DNA from: a bacterium | Lineage (GTDB): Bacteria; Bacillota; Clostridia; Lachnospirales; Lachnospiraceae | Reading direction: 5' to 3' | DNA: 64,000 bases | Assembly: GCA_963621525.1 (NCBI GenBank) | Contig: CAVFER010000002.1 | Coordinates: 25,773-89,772 of the forward strand | Shown: piece by piece, positions 26,070 to 36,664 of the stretch | How the letters are laid out: every line of letters starts with the position of its first letter | Position numbering within the stretch: the first letter of the stretch is position 1 | Notes under the pieces: model-generated | The model's input: only the letters and a program-made list of their open reading frames with translations | The model's database searches: none | What the model was told of the DNA's origin: nothing | Program-made: the position numbers and the translations under genes

Positions 26070-27461
26070 TTACAACTCGCAGTTATTAACAGTTCTTGGG
26101 AACGGGATAACGTCGCGGATGTTTGACATACCGGTCAGGTACATTACACAGCGCTCAAAACCAAGTCCGAAACCTGCGTGACGGGTGGAACCATATTTAC
26201 GAAGATCCAGATAGAATCCGTAATCCTCTTTCTTAAGTCCGAGCTCATCCATTCTTGCAACCAGCTTGTCATAGTCATCTTCACGCTGGCTTCCGCCGAT
26301 GATCTCGCCGATTCCGGGAACCAGACAGTCTACTGCGGCAACGGTCTTGCCGTCCGGGTTCATCTTCATGTAGAATGCCTTGATCTCCTTTGGATAATCT
26401 GTAACGAATACAGGTTTCTTGAAGATCTCTTCAGTCAGGTAACGCTCATGCTCAGTCTGCAGGTCGCAGCCCCAGGATACCTTGTAATCAAATTTGTCGT
26501 TGTGTTTCATTAACAGCTCAACTGCTTCGGTATAGGTAATACGTCCGAATTCAGAGTTAAGAACGTTGTTTAAGCGGTCTAGCAGACCTTTGTCCACGAA
26601 ACTGTTAAAGAAGTTCATTTCTTCCGGCGCATGCTCCAAAACATACTTGATTACATATTTTAACATGCCTTCTGCAACACGCATATCATCATCCAGATCA
26701 GCGAAAGCCATTTCCGGCTCGATCATCCAGAATTCAGCTGCATGACGGGTGGTATTGGAGTTCTCTGCACGGAAGGTAGGTCCGAAAGTATATACGTTGC
26801 GGAATGCCATAGCGTAGGTCTCTACGTTTAACTGGCCGCTTACAGTCAGGTTGGTTGGCTTTCCGAAGAAGTCCTGCTTAAAATCAATGGTTCCGTCTTC
26901 ATTTTTTGGAATGTTGTTCAGATCCATAGTGGTAACCTGGAACATTTCGCCTGCGCCTTCGCAGTCGCTTCCTGTGATCAGTGGAGTGTGGACATATACG
27001 AAGTCATGCTCCTGGAAGTACTGGTGGATGGCATATGCGATCAGGGAACGTACACGGAATACTGCCTGGAAGGTGTTGGTTCTCGGACGTAAATGTGCGA
27101 TAGTACGCAGATATTCGAAAGAGTGGCGCTTTTTCTGCAGAGGATAATCAGATGCAGATGCACCTTCAACAGTAACCTCAGTAGCCTGGATCTCAAATGG
27201 CTGCTTGGCCTGTGGGGTAGCAACTAAAGTACCTTTAACGATGATAGCAGTTCCCACACCTAACCTGGAAACCTGTGCAAAGTTTTCCAGAGTGTCGTGG
27301 TAAACGGCCTGAAGTGTCTCAAAATAAGTTCCGTCACTGATTACGATGAAACCGAATGCCTTGGAATCACGAAGGCTGCGGATCCATCCGCCAACGGTAA
27401 TTTCCTTATCCAGGAATTTTTCCGGATTTTTGTAAAGCTCTCTTACTGTAACTAAATCCAT
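26070..27461 (-). CDS. asnS: Asparagine--tRNA ligase
   Basis: 463 aa class-IIb synthetase with an N-terminal OB fold, [21 protein letters not shown] and [12 protein letters not shown]. Confidence 0.95.
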   Translation of the reverse strand: MDLVTVRELYKNPEKFLDKEITVGGWIRSLRDSKAFGFIVISDGTYFETLQAVYHDTLENFAQVSRLGVGTAIIVKGTLVATPQAKQPFEIQATEVTVEGASASDYPLQKKRHSFEYLRTIAHLRPRTNTFQAVFRVRSLIAYAIHQYFQEHDFVYVHTPLITGSDCEGAGEMFQVTTMDLNNIPKNEDGTIDFKQDFFGKPTNLTVSGQLNVETYAMAFRNVYTFGPTFRAENSNTTRHAAEFWMIEPEMAFADLDDDMRVAEGMLKYVIKYVLEHAPEEMNFFNSFVDKGLLDRLNNVLNSEFGRITYTEAVELLMKHNDKFDYKVSWGCDLQTEHERYLTEEIFKKPVFVTDYPKEIKAFYMKMNPDGKTVAAVDCLVPGIGEIIGGSQREDDYDKLVARMDELGLKKEDYGFYLDLRKYGSTRHAGFGLGFERCVMYLTGMSNIRDVIPFPRTVNNCEL

Positions 27462-27844
27462 GATGAGTAATGTCTCCTTTTCTCCAATACAAAATTTCTA
27501 AAAGCAAAATGCGATATTACAAGACATTATAAGGTATTTCACATAATGTTTCAAGGTTTTCATGTGTTTTGCCGGGGTTATCTATATCCTTTGGATCAGT
27601 TTCAAGGTAATCGGTGTAATGAGGCAATCTGCAGCATTGTTGAGAGAATGGAGGGGGTATATGGTGGTTGGAAAAAACGTTCGGTACTATATATTGAAAG
27701 TAGTGTAAAATATAAATAAATACGTCGAAAAAAGTCGGAAAACTGCATAAAAAACGTAAAAAATATTAAAATATTTGTATACTATTTACAGTGTTTGTGG
27801 TATAATAATTCTTACAAAATTATATAACAGCAAGAGGTGATAAC

Positions 27845-29119
27845 GTGATTAAAAAAGAAATGATTGCCATGCTTTTAGCTGGCGGACAGGGAAGCCGTCT
27901 TGGCGTTCTGACACAGAAAGTAGCCAAGCCGGCGGTATCTTTTGGGGGGAAGTACCGGATCATTGATTTTCCGCTGAGTAACTGTATTAACTCCGGCGTT
28001 GACACAGTCGGTGTTTTGACACAGTACCAGCCTTTACGTTTAAATTCACATATCGGAATTGGTATTCCGTGGGATTTGGACAGAAATGTTGGCGGCGTGA
28101 CGATCTTACCTCCATATGAAAAGAGCAAAGGAAGTGACTGGTATACCGGTACAGCCAATGCTATCTATCAGAACCTGGAGTTTATGGAGGCATATAATCC
28201 GGAGTATGTGCTCATCCTTTCCGGTGACCACATTTACAAAATGGACTATGAAGTAATGCTTGATTATCACAAGGCAAATAATGCGGATATCACCATTGCT
28301 GCTATGCCGGTACCGATCGAAGAAGCAAGCCGATTCGGTATCCTGATCACAGATGAGCATAATCGTATTACAGAATTTGAGGAAAAACCGGCTGTTCCAA
28401 GAAGCAACTTAGCTTCCATGGGTATTTATATCTTCAGCTGGCCGGTTCTTAAGGAAGCCCTGATCAAGATGAAGGACGAACCGGGATGTGACTTTGGTAA
28501 ACACATTATCCCGTACTGTCACGCAAAGGGTGACCGCAGCTTTGCATACGAGTACAACGGCTACTGGAAAGATGTAGGTACCCTTGGTTCCTACTGGGAA
28601 GCAAATATGGAACTGATCGATATCATTCCGGAGTTTAACCTGTATGAAGAATACTGGAAGATTTATACGAAGAGCGATGTGATCCCGCCTCAGTATATCG
28701 CTTCTGATGCCCACATCGAGCGGAGTATCGTTGGTGAAGGAACCGAGATTTACGGTGATGTTATCAATTCTGTGATCGGAGCAGGCGTTACCATTGCAAA
28801 AGGTGCTGTAGTCCGTGATTCCATTGTTATGCAGGGAAGCGTGATCGGAGCAGGAGCATCCGTTGAAAAGGCCATTATCGCAGAAAATGTAAAAGTTGGT
28901 TCCGGTGTTCAGATCGGTGTTGGTGAATATGCACCAAGTACATATGACCAGAAGGTATACCAGTTCGACCTGGCTACCATCGGCGAGAACTCTATTATCC
29001 CGGATGGCGTAAAGGTCGGAAAGAATACCGCCATAGCAGGCGAGACCACCGTAGGCGACTATCCTGATGGATTACTGGCAAGCGGAAACTACATTATAAA
29101 GGCAGGTGGCGTGAAATGA
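27845..29119 (+). CDS. glgC: Glucose-1-phosphate adenylyltransferase
   Basis: GTG start. [36 protein letters not shown], plus C-terminal left-handed beta-helix repeats. Confidence 0.9.
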   Translation: MIKKEMIAMLLAGGQGSRLGVLTQKVAKPAVSFGGKYRIIDFPLSNCINSGVDTVGVLTQYQPLRLNSHIGIGIPWDLDRNVGGVTILPPYEKSKGSDWYTGTANAIYQNLEFMEAYNPEYVLILSGDHIYKMDYEVMLDYHKANNADITIAAMPVPIEEASRFGILITDEHNRITEFEEKPAVPRSNLASMGIYIFSWPVLKEALIKMKDEPGCDFGKHIIPYCHAKGDRSFAYEYNGYWKDVGTLGSYWEANMELIDIIPEFNLYEEYWKIYTKSDVIPPQYIASDAHIERSIVGEGTEIYGDVINSVIGAGVTIAKGAVVRDSIVMQGSVIGAGASVEKAIIAENVKVGSGVQIGVGEYAPSTYDQKVYQFDLATIGENSIIPDGVKVGKNTAIAGETTVGDYPDGLLASGNYIIKAGGVK

Positions 29120-30237
29120 GAGCGATCGGTATCGTATTAGCAGGTGGTAACAGCAAGAGGATGCGGGAACTGTCCAGTAAAAGAGCAGTGGCTGCTATGC
29201 CGGTTGCAGGAAGCTACCGCAGTATTGACTTTGCATTAAGCAATATGACAAACTCCCACATTCAGAATGTGGCAGTATTTACACAGTATAACTCCAGATC
29301 CTTAAACCTTCATCTGAGTTCGTCTAAATGGTGGGACTTCGGACGTAAGCAGGGCGGATTGTATGTATTTACTCCATCCATTACTCCGGAAAACGGAGAC
29401 TGGTACCGTGGTACAGCAGATGCTCTCTACCAGAACCTGACCTTCTTAAAGAACAGCCATGAGCCATACGTAGTTATCACTTCCGGAGATGGTGTTTATA
29501 AGCTGGATTACAACAAGGTTCTGGAGTACCATATTGAGAAGAAAGCAGATATTACGGTTGTCTGCAAGGATATGGAAGAAGGAACAGATGTTACCCGCTT
29601 TGGATGTGTCAAGTTAAATGATGACGGACGCATCACTGACTTTGAAGAAAAACCTATGGCTTCTGACGCTACCACTATTTCCTGTGGTATCTATGTTATC
29701 CGCAGAAGACAGCTGATTGAGCTGCTGGAGAGCTGCGCAGCAGAAGACAGGTATGACCTGGTAAATGATATTCTGGTACGTTATAAGAACTTAAAGAGGA
29801 TTTATGCTTATAAGTTAGACAGCTACTGGAGCAATATCGCTGCCGTTGATTCTTACTATAAGACCAACATGGACTTTTTAAAGCCGGAAGTAAGAGATTA
29901 TTTCTTCAAGCAGTATCCGGACGTATATACCAAGGTTGATGATCTTCCGCCGGCAAAATACAATCCGGGTGCTGTTGTTAAGAACAGCCTTGTATCCAGT
30001 GGTTGTATTTTAAATGGTACAGTGGAAAATTCCATCCTCTTTAAGAAGGCATACGTTGGAAACAATTGTATCATCAAGAACTCTATCATCTTAAATGACG
30101 TTTATATCGGTGATAATACAGTAATCGAGAACTGCATCGTTGAGAGCCGGGATACCATCCGTGCCAACACGACCCATATTGGAACACCTGATAATATTAA
30201 GATCGTCATTGAGAAGAACGAACGCTACACGCTATAG
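29116..30237 (+). CDS. glgD: Glucose-1-phosphate adenylyltransferase regulatory subunit GlgD
   Basis: A paralogue of GlgC whose start overlaps the glgC stop (ATGA). [35 protein letters not shown]. Confidence 0.85.
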   Translation: MRAIGIVLAGGNSKRMRELSSKRAVAAMPVAGSYRSIDFALSNMTNSHIQNVAVFTQYNSRSLNLHLSSSKWWDFGRKQGGLYVFTPSITPENGDWYRGTADALYQNLTFLKNSHEPYVVITSGDGVYKLDYNKVLEYHIEKKADITVVCKDMEEGTDVTRFGCVKLNDDGRITDFEEKPMASDATTISCGIYVIRRRQLIELLESCAAEDRYDLVNDILVRYKNLKRIYAYKLDSYWSNIAAVDSYYKTNMDFLKPEVRDYFFKQYPDVYTKVDDLPPAKYNPGAVVKNSLVSSGCILNGTVENSILFKKAYVGNNCIIKNSIILNDVYIGDNTVIENCIVESRDTIRANTTHIGTPDNIKIVIEKNERYTL

Positions 30238-30330
30238 AAAAATTACATCATAGTGAGGCACGTTCTTCTGGTTCCTGCAGAAGGCGTGCAGCACGGGGGC
30301 TGACGGAAGAAGCGGAAGGAGTATTAAAGC

Positions 30331-30612
30331 ATGCAGGTAACAGATGTGAGAGTAAGACGGGTAGAGAAAGACGGGAAAATGAAAGCGATCGTTTCTATTA
30401 CCTTAGACAATGAATTTGTGATCCACGATATCAAAGTCATTGAAGGTGAGAAGGGACTGTTCATCGCAATGCCAAGCCGCAAGGCAGCAGACGGCGAATA
30501 CCGAGACATTGCCCATCCGATCAATTCCGGTACACGGGAAATGATACAGGCTATTATTCTGGACAAATACGAAAGTACATTATTAGAAAATGAAGAAGAG
30601 GCACTTGCATAG
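30331..30612 (+). CDS. spoVG: Septation/regulatory protein SpoVG
   Basis: [51 protein letters not shown]. Confidence 0.95.
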   Translation: MQVTDVRVRRVEKDGKMKAIVSITLDNEFVIHDIKVIEGEKGLFIAMPSRKAADGEYRDIAHPINSGTREMIQAIILDKYESTLLENEEEALA

Positions 30613-30637
30613 ACAGTGCCCATTAATCTACAGTAAG

Positions 30638-30691
30638 ATACCCTGGACCAGTAAATAGGGCAGAAACCATGACTGGTCCGGGGTATTTTTA
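30638..30691 (+). terminator. spoVG intrinsic terminator
   Basis: 15-bp stem ATACCCTGGACCAGT/ACTGGTCCGGGGTAT (one G-U pair) followed by TTTTT. Confidence 0.8.
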
Positions 30692-30819
30692 TAAAATGAT
30701 GTTGGGGCAAAATACAGGCATGATAAGGAATATGAGATTAGAAAATTAGTTTAAAAAGTTAAGAAAATAAAGCGAACACAGATAAAATGACATCAAAACA
30801 TAAAAAAAACAGGAAAAAC

Positions 30820-30848
30820 TTGACTTTTTAAACATACCGTGTTATTAT
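30820..30848 (+). promoter_or_regulatory. Promoter of the C26 peptidase/amino-acid ABC operon
   Basis: TTGACT, 17-nt spacer, TATTAT. Confidence 0.55.
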
Positions 30849-30933
30849 GCGTCAAAGACAAAGGGGTCTGCATCGTAGGAGAAAGTGCAGGCTCTTTTTG
30901 TATATAGCGAGATTTAAGGAGATGAACGTTAAG

Positions 30934-31644
30934 ATGAAACGGATTGGTTTGATCCCTTTATATGATGATGACAGGGACAGTTACTGGATGCTCCCCGGAT
31001 ATATGAAGGTGCTTGAAACCTGTAAAGCACTTCCGCTTATGCTTCCGTTGACCGAAGATCCTGAGGAACTGGATGAATGTTTTCGGCTTTGTGATGGCAT
31101 CTTGATGACCGGCGGTCATGATGTAGATCCGGCGTTGTATGGGGAGACTGCAGGAAAAGACTGCGGTATTCCATGCAGCAGCCGTGATAAGATGGAGGCC
31201 TATCTTTTTAAAAAGGCTTTACAAGAGGATAAGCCGGTTTTGGGCATCTGTCGGGGCATACAGCTTATGAATGTGCTGCTGGGAGGAACTTTATATCAGG
31301 ATCTTCCTTCTGAACATCCGTCACAGACAGAGCATCATATGACAGCTCCTTATGATAGACCGGTGCATAAAGTGATTGTAAAAGAGGGAACACTTCTATC
31401 AGAACTTATAGGAGCCGGAGAGCATGGTGTGAATAGTTATCATCATCAGGCAGTCAAAGATCTGGCGCCGGGAGCGGAAGCTATGGCATACTCAGAGGAT
31501 GGTCTGGTAGAGGCAATCGCAGTGCCCGGTAAAACCTTTATCGTGGGAGTGCAGTGGCATCCGGAATTTGCCTTTGAAAAAGATCCGGGATGTAAAGCAG
31601 TTGTGCAGGCGTTTGTGGATGCCTGCAGGACACAGGAGAAATAG
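30934..31644 (+). CDS. Gamma-glutamyl-gamma-aminobutyrate hydrolase family protein (peptidase C26, class-I amidotransferase fold)
   Basis: LGICRGIQLMNV (nucleophile Cys) and VQWHPE (His/Glu) motifs. The start is ambiguous (30922 or 30934). Confidence 0.8.
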   Translation: MKRIGLIPLYDDDRDSYWMLPGYMKVLETCKALPLMLPLTEDPEELDECFRLCDGILMTGGHDVDPALYGETAGKDCGIPCSSRDKMEAYLFKKALQEDKPVLGICRGIQLMNVLLGGTLYQDLPSEHPSQTEHHMTAPYDRPVHKVIVKEGTLLSELIGAGEHGVNSYHHQAVKDLAPGAEAMAYSEDGLVEAIAVPGKTFIVGVQWHPEFAFEKDPGCKAVVQAFVDACRTQEK

Positions 31645-31712
31645 ATCCAAGGCCGTTTGTGGCTATAAGGATAGATCAAATGAAGGTTTAGAAAAGAGAG
31701 GAGAATTCTATT

Positions 31713-32570
31713 ATGAAAAAAAGAGCATGGATTATGGTAATGGCAGCAGCAATGGCAGCAGCAATGACTGCATGTGGAAATTCCGGAAGTACAACTGCTG
31801 ATACGACAGCAGCAGAAACGACAGCAGAAACAACAGCAGCAGAGTCAAAGGCAGAGGAAACTTCGAAAGAGGCAACAGCAGATACTTCTGATAAGACCTG
31901 GATCATTGCAACAGACACAGCATTTAAGCCTTTTGAGTATACGGATGAAAGCGGAAATTTTGTAGGTATTGATATGGACATCCTGAAAGCAGTGGCAGAG
32001 GATCAGGGATTTAAGTATGAGGTACAGGTACTTGGCTGGGATGCCTCTATTGCAGCATGCCAGGCCGGTCAGGCAGATGGAATGATCGCAGGCGCATCTA
32101 TTACAGATGAACGTGAGAGTTCCGGCTGGATCTTCTCTGATGGCTATTATGACGCAAATCAGAGTATGGCTGTTGCAGAAAGCTCGGATATTACCGGTTT
32201 TGATGACTTAAAGGGCAAAAAAGTGGCAGTTAAGACGGCTTCTATGAGTGCAGACTATGCAGAAAGTCTGAAAGATGAATATGGCTTTGAGATTACTTAC
32301 TTTGAGGATTCACCAACTATGTATCAGGCAGTTGTAGGCGGCCAGGCAGCTGCATGCTTTGATGATACTCCGATCATGGCAAGCAACATCAAGGATACAG
32401 GTATTGCTATGAAACTGGTAGACGGAACAGGAAATGATCCGGCTGCTTATGGTTTTGCAGTTTTTGATGACAGCAAGAAAGAACTGATCGATCTGTTTAA
32501 TGCCGGACTGAAAGATATCAAGGAAAACGGCACTTATGACAAGATCATTGCAGAGTATTTAGGAGAATAA
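31713..32570 (+). CDS. Polar amino-acid ABC transporter substrate-binding lipoprotein
   Basis: Lipobox MTACG, a T/A/E-rich linker, then a PBP type II core (WIIATDTAFKPFEY...GIDMD). Confidence 0.85.
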   Translation: MKKRAWIMVMAAAMAAAMTACGNSGSTTADTTAAETTAETTAAESKAEETSKEATADTSDKTWIIATDTAFKPFEYTDESGNFVGIDMDILKAVAEDQGFKYEVQVLGWDASIAACQAGQADGMIAGASITDERESSGWIFSDGYYDANQSMAVAESSDITGFDDLKGKKVAVKTASMSADYAESLKDEYGFEITYFEDSPTMYQAVVGGQAAACFDDTPIMASNIKDTGIAMKLVDGTGNDPAAYGFAVFDDSKKELIDLFNAGLKDIKENGTYDKIIAEYLGE

Positions 32571-32599
32571 CAGATATTGGTAAAGAAGGGTGAGATATT

Positions 32600-33280
32600 A
32601 TGATCAAGATTATCACCACTTACGGAGAGCTTCTTCTGCTGGCAATGGGGCGGACGTTGCTGCTTGCGTTCTTAGGTTTGATATTTGCGTGTATTCTGGG
32701 AATGGCCTTCGGTCTTCTCAGTGTAGTAAAAAATAAAATATGCAATGTGATCGCACAGATCTTCGTATTCGTGATACGTGGTGTGCCGATGATCGTGCTG
32801 GCTTTCTTTGTATTCTTTGGTATTCCATACCTGCTCAATAGTATTTGGGGCATTGGAAATGGATTTACACTGTCAGCCCTTCAGGCCGGTGTTATCTGTC
32901 TCGCCTTAAACTGCGGTGCTTATATGGCTGAGATTATCCGTGCCGGTATTCAGGCTGTGGATATCGGCCAGATGGAGGCCGGAAGATCGCTTGGACTTCC
33001 ATACTGGAAAACGATGCGAAAGATCATTCTCCCCCAGGCGATCCGCACTATGATCCCGAGTATCATTAATCAGTTTATCATCACAGTGAAGGATACATCG
33101 ATCTTATCTGTGATCGGTTTCCCTGAACTGGTCCTGGCTGCAAAAAATGTTCAGGCGAACACATTCCGCTCCTTTGAAACATGGACCATTGTGGGAATCA
33201 TGTATCTGATTGTGATCACGGTGCTGTCTTATATTGCAAAGATTGTAGAGAGGAGGATGAACCGTGGAGTCAAACGATAA
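32600..33280 (+). CDS. Polar amino-acid ABC transporter permease (His/Glu/Gln/Arg/opine family)
   Basis: 226 aa with an EAA-like loop [19 protein letters not shown]. Confidence 0.85.
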   Translation: MIKIITTYGELLLLAMGRTLLLAFLGLIFACILGMAFGLLSVVKNKICNVIAQIFVFVIRGVPMIVLAFFVFFGIPYLLNSIWGIGNGFTLSALQAGVICLALNCGAYMAEIIRAGIQAVDIGQMEAGRSLGLPYWKTMRKIILPQAIRTMIPSIINQFIITVKDTSILSVIGFPELVLAAKNVQANTFRSFETWTIVGIMYLIVITVLSYIAKIVERRMNRGVKR

Positions 33281-34010
33281 AAATATTAAAGTCCAGGTTA
33301 AAATGCTTCGGAAAAACTTCGGAGAGCTGGAAGTTCTGCGGGATATATCCACGGAGATCTATGAAGGCGAGGTAGTAGTTATTTTAGGACCGTCCGGATC
33401 CGGAAAATCTACATTTTTGCGCTGCTTAAACAAGCTGGAGACAACCACTGCAGGAGAGATCTGGGTAGATGGTGTAAATATTTCTGATCATAAAGTGAAT
33501 ATGAATAAAGTGCGTGAGAATATCGGTATGGTGTTCCAGCATTTTAATCTGTTTAATAACATGGATGTACTTCATAATCTTATGCTGGCTCCGATTGAAC
33601 TGAAAAAAGCCGATAAGGATGAAGCCAGAGAACGGGCTATGGCGATGTTAAAGAGAGTAGATCTGGCAGAAAAAGCGGACTGTTATCCGTCGCAGCTTTC
33701 TGGAGGCCAGAAACAGCGTGTTGCTATTGCCAGAGCACTTTGTATGAAACCTGATATCATGTTATTTGATGAACCGACGTCTGCTCTGGATCCGGAGATG
33801 GTTGGTGAGGTACTGGCTGTTATGAAGCAGCTGGCAGCAGAAGGTATGACCATGGTGATTGTAACCCATGAGATCGGATTTGCCAGAGAGGTGGCTGACC
33901 GGGTTATTTTCATGGATGGTGGCTATATCGTAGAGGAAGGAACGCCACAGGAAGTTATCTTAAATCCCAAAGAAGCGCGTACCATCAGTTTTTTGAATAA
34001 AGTACTTTAA
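33264..34010 (+). CDS. Polar amino-acid ABC transporter ATP-binding protein (GlnQ-like)
   Basis: [24 protein letters not shown], and [13 protein letters not shown] motifs. The start overlaps the end of the permease gene. Confidence 0.9.
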   Translation: MESNDKNIKVQVKMLRKNFGELEVLRDISTEIYEGEVVVILGPSGSGKSTFLRCLNKLETTTAGEIWVDGVNISDHKVNMNKVRENIGMVFQHFNLFNNMDVLHNLMLAPIELKKADKDEARERAMAMLKRVDLAEKADCYPSQLSGGQKQRVAIARALCMKPDIMLFDEPTSALDPEMVGEVLAVMKQLAAEGMTMVIVTHEIGFAREVADRVIFMDGGYIVEEGTPQEVILNPKEARTISFLNKVL

Positions 34011-34144
34011 CCGATCATCATACAAATTTTTTTTGGTTATTGTGGTTTTTCTCAAAACAAGATAGAATACAAATGAGGTCTGTTTTGCGGACCATGTTCA
34101 TGAAACATCATAGACCGAGTGTTTAGCAAAAAGGAGTTTTGAGA

Positions 34145-35524
34145 ATGAATTACGATGTAATTATTGTGGGAGCCGGCCCTGGTGGAATTTACTCTGCTTA
34201 CGAGCTGATGAAGAAATGCAGCGGAAAAAAAGTTGCTGTATTTGATTCCGGATATTCTTTAAAAAAGCGTCATTGCCCCATCGACGGTGAGAAGATCAAA
34301 GCCTGTATTAAATGTAAGTCCTGCTCGATTATGAGCGGTTTTGGCGGTGCAGGTGCGTTCTCTGATGGTAAGTATAACATTACCAATGATTTTGGCGGTA
34401 CATTATATGAATATATTGGAAAAAAAGCTGCTACTGAGCTGATGGAGTACGTAGATGAGATCAATATGGCCCACGGTGGTGAAGGTACCCGGATGTATTC
34501 CACAGCCGGAACCGGTTTAAAAAAGGTTTGCCTGCAAAACCGTCTGAAGCTGTTAAATGCTTCTGTCCGTCATTTGGGAACGGATATTAACCTGGTTGTG
34601 TTAGGTCAGTTATACGATGAGTTAAAAGAAAAGGTAGATTTTTATTTTGAATCTCCTGTGGACCATATTGAGTGTCTTGAAAGTGGCGGATACAGAGTAT
34701 GGAGCAGTGATAAATCTTATGACTGCAGTCAATGTATCGTTTCTGTAGGACGAAGCGGCAGCAAGTGGATGGAGCATATCTGTAAAGAACTGGACATCCC
34801 TACCAAATCCAACCGTGTGGATATTGGCGTACGCGTGGAGCTTCCTGCTGTGCTGTTTGCCCATCTGACTGATGAGCTGTATGAAAGTAAGATCGTATAT
34901 CGTACTGAGAAGTTTGAGGATAATGTGCGTACTTTCTGTATGAATCCGAAGGGAATTGTTGTAAATGAAAATACCAACGGCATCGTTACTGTAAACGGCC
35001 ACAGCTACGAGGATCCGGAAAAGCAGACAGAATGTACCAACTTTGCGCTTCTGGTTTCCAAACATTTCTCTGAACCGTTTAAGGACAGCAACGGCTACGG
35101 TGAGAGTATTGCCCGTCTTTCTAATATGTTGGGCGGCGGCGTGATTGTACAGCGTTTTGGTGACCTGATCCGCGGAAGAAGGAGTACCCCGAAGCGAATT
35201 GAGGAAAATGTCTTTGTGCCTACTCTTTCTGCAACTCCCGGTGATCTGAGCCTTGTTCTTCCAAAGCGTATCTTAGACGGTATCATCGAGATGATCTATG
35301 CCCTGGATAAGATCGCACCGGGAACTGCAAATGATGATACACTGCTTTATGGTGTAGAAGTCAAATTCTACAACATGGAAGTAGACGTAGACGAAAATCT
35401 GGAAAGCCGCCACAAAGGCCTTTACATCATCGGCGACGGCAGCGGCGTGACCCATTCCCTTTCCCATGCATCTGCAAGCGGCGTGTATGTAGCACGTAAG
35501 ATTGCAGAGAGTGTAAAAGGATAA
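34145..35524 (+). CDS. FAD-dependent oxidoreductase-like protein (COG2509-type, function unknown)
   Basis: N-terminal DVIIVGAGPGGIYSAYEL dinucleotide-binding motif. AAGGAG lies 8 nt before ATG 34145 (the track start is TTG 34139). Confidence 0.7.
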   Translation: MNYDVIIVGAGPGGIYSAYELMKKCSGKKVAVFDSGYSLKKRHCPIDGEKIKACIKCKSCSIMSGFGGAGAFSDGKYNITNDFGGTLYEYIGKKAATELMEYVDEINMAHGGEGTRMYSTAGTGLKKVCLQNRLKLLNASVRHLGTDINLVVLGQLYDELKEKVDFYFESPVDHIECLESGGYRVWSSDKSYDCSQCIVSVGRSGSKWMEHICKELDIPTKSNRVDIGVRVELPAVLFAHLTDELYESKIVYRTEKFEDNVRTFCMNPKGIVVNENTNGIVTVNGHSYEDPEKQTECTNFALLVSKHFSEPFKDSNGYGESIARLSNMLGGGVIVQRFGDLIRGRRSTPKRIEENVFVPTLSATPGDLSLVLPKRILDGIIEMIYALDKIAPGTANDDTLLYGVEVKFYNMEVDVDENLESRHKGLYIIGDGSGVTHSLSHASASGVYVARKIAESVKG

Positions 35525-35560
35525 ACTGTTATAGTTGAAACGGAATATTTAAATGTGACC

Positions 35561-35589
35561 TTGATTTTGTGTTTTTTTTGTGCTATACT
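35561..35589 (+). promoter_or_regulatory. Promoter of the queT leader
   Basis: TTGATT, 17-nt spacer ending in TGC (extended -10), TATACT. Confidence 0.6.
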
Positions 35590-35661
35590 TCCACCCGTTG
35601 TAAAGCCCGAAAAAACAAGGTCGTATAGGGCTTTTAAGGCGGTCACCGCCTATAAATGTGC

Positions 35662-35704
35662 CGAGTGTTCGTGACCTTCCACTCGTAAAACAAAACTAAA
35701 GGAG
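35662..35704 (+). promoter_or_regulatory. preQ1-I-like riboswitch aptamer sequestering the queT Shine-Dalgarno
   Basis: CGAGUG-UUCGUGACCUUC-CACUCG-UAAAACAAAACUAAAGGAG parallels the B. subtilis queC aptamer (AGAGG-UUCUAGCUACAC-CCUCU-AUAAAAAACUAAGG, recalled from the literature). Loop CCUU (35675-35678) can pair with AAGG (35699-35702). Confidence 0.6.
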
Positions 35705-35713
35705 AATTGAAAA

Positions 35714-36214
35714 ATGAACAAACAGTATTACCAATCAAGAACAGGCTTTATTACTCAAAGTGCGCTGATCGCAGCTCTTTATGTGGTGCTGACGATGATC
35801 GTTGCACCTATCGCTTTCGGCCCGATCCAGTTCAGAATCTCAGAATTGTTATGTGTGCTGCCGTATTTTTTAACAAGTGCAGTTCCGGGCGTTACCATTG
35901 GCTGTTTCCTTGCTAACCTGCTTTGCGGTGCAGCAACGCTGGATGTGGTGTTCGGAAGTATTGCAACTCTGATCGGAGCAGTTGGTTCTTACTATCTTGG
36001 AAAGAAGAACAAATGGCTGGTATGTGTTCCGCCAATCCTTTCCAATACCATCATTGTTCCATGGGTACTGCGCTATGCCTACGGCTCCACCGACCTGATT
36101 CCATATGCTATGCTGACTGTAGGGATCGGAGAGATCCTGGCTATCGGTGTGCTGGGAAATATCCTGTTAGTGACACTGGAACGTCATTATAAAGCAGTGC
36201 TGTTTGCAAAGTAA
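35714..36214 (+). CDS. queT: Queuosine-precursor transporter QueT (ECF S-component-like)
   Basis: 166-aa membrane protein with a QueT-family N-terminus TGFITQSALIAALYVVLTMIVAPIAFGPIQFRISE. Confidence 0.8.
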   Translation: MNKQYYQSRTGFITQSALIAALYVVLTMIVAPIAFGPIQFRISELLCVLPYFLTSAVPGVTIGCFLANLLCGAATLDVVFGSIATLIGAVGSYYLGKKNKWLVCVPPILSNTIIVPWVLRYAYGSTDLIPYAMLTVGIGEILAIGVLGNILLVTLERHYKAVLFAK

Positions 36215-36258
36215 TATTGGGAAAATTATTGTAAATGTATCATTTGTGAATGAGGAAG

Positions 36259-36298
36259 ATCCCTCTGGAGTGTTTTAAATACGCCAGGGGGATTTTTG
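36259..36298 (+). terminator. queT intrinsic terminator
   Basis: ATCCCTCTGG/CCAGGGGGAT stem followed by TTTTT. Confidence 0.75.
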
Positions 36299-36545
36299 CG
36301 CCTGGGCTCTGGACATGAAAAATATATTTATAGTTATTTCCATACTCCTTTAGGAAAACGTTCCAAATGCACCGTCCAAATATGCCCCCACTGTCAACCT
36401 GGAACTGGCTGAAAAACGCCAGGAGCAGGAGGTAGAACGTCTGGTAGCCTGTGGACTCTTTACAAAAGAACGGGCTTTGGAGACACTGCGGGAAGTGAAA
36501 TGTAAGAGTGAAATTGGAATGTAAAGAGATGTGAAATATCACGGC

Positions 36546-36574
36546 TTGTAAAAGACGGCTATATCTGCTAGAAT
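36546..36574 (+). promoter_or_regulatory. Promoter of pth-mfd
   Basis: TTGTAA, 17-nt spacer ending in TGC, TAGAAT. Confidence 0.5.
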
Positions 36575-36664
36575 AAGTGAACGACTAATTAAAATGAGCG
36601 TTAGATACCCCCTATATGGCGGAATCTAGCGCTTTCAGGCGTGTTTTGGAAAGGAAAATATTTT

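Noticed and set aside
27462-27844. Expected T-box or other leader upstream of asnS (and of metG at 50892-51081).
   Set aside because: I read both strands. There is no GGGTGGNACC-type T-box sequence, no specifier-loop architecture and no terminator. These synthetase genes appear to have plain promoters.
36354-36524. Stop-to-stop open frame on the plus strand (ENVPNAPSKYAPTVNLELAEKRQEQEVERLVACGLFTKERALETLREVKCKSEIGM) that reads like the tail of a real protein.
   Set aside because: It has no start codon or RBS, and I cannot assign a family. It may be a gene remnant, but there is not enough support to call it.
36240-36542. 100-aa minus-strand ORF between queT and pth.
   Set aside because: It has no RBS and a low-complexity peptide. 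It spans the queT terminator and reaches the edge of the pth promoter, so it is probably non-coding.
36590-36640. pth-leader hairpin AGCGTTAGAT...ATCTAGCGCT containing CGGAATCT, considered as a fifth copy of the palindromic element family.
   Set aside because: Only an 8-nt core is shared. The terminal ATGTNCTC/GAGNACAT arms are absent, so the match is probably chance.
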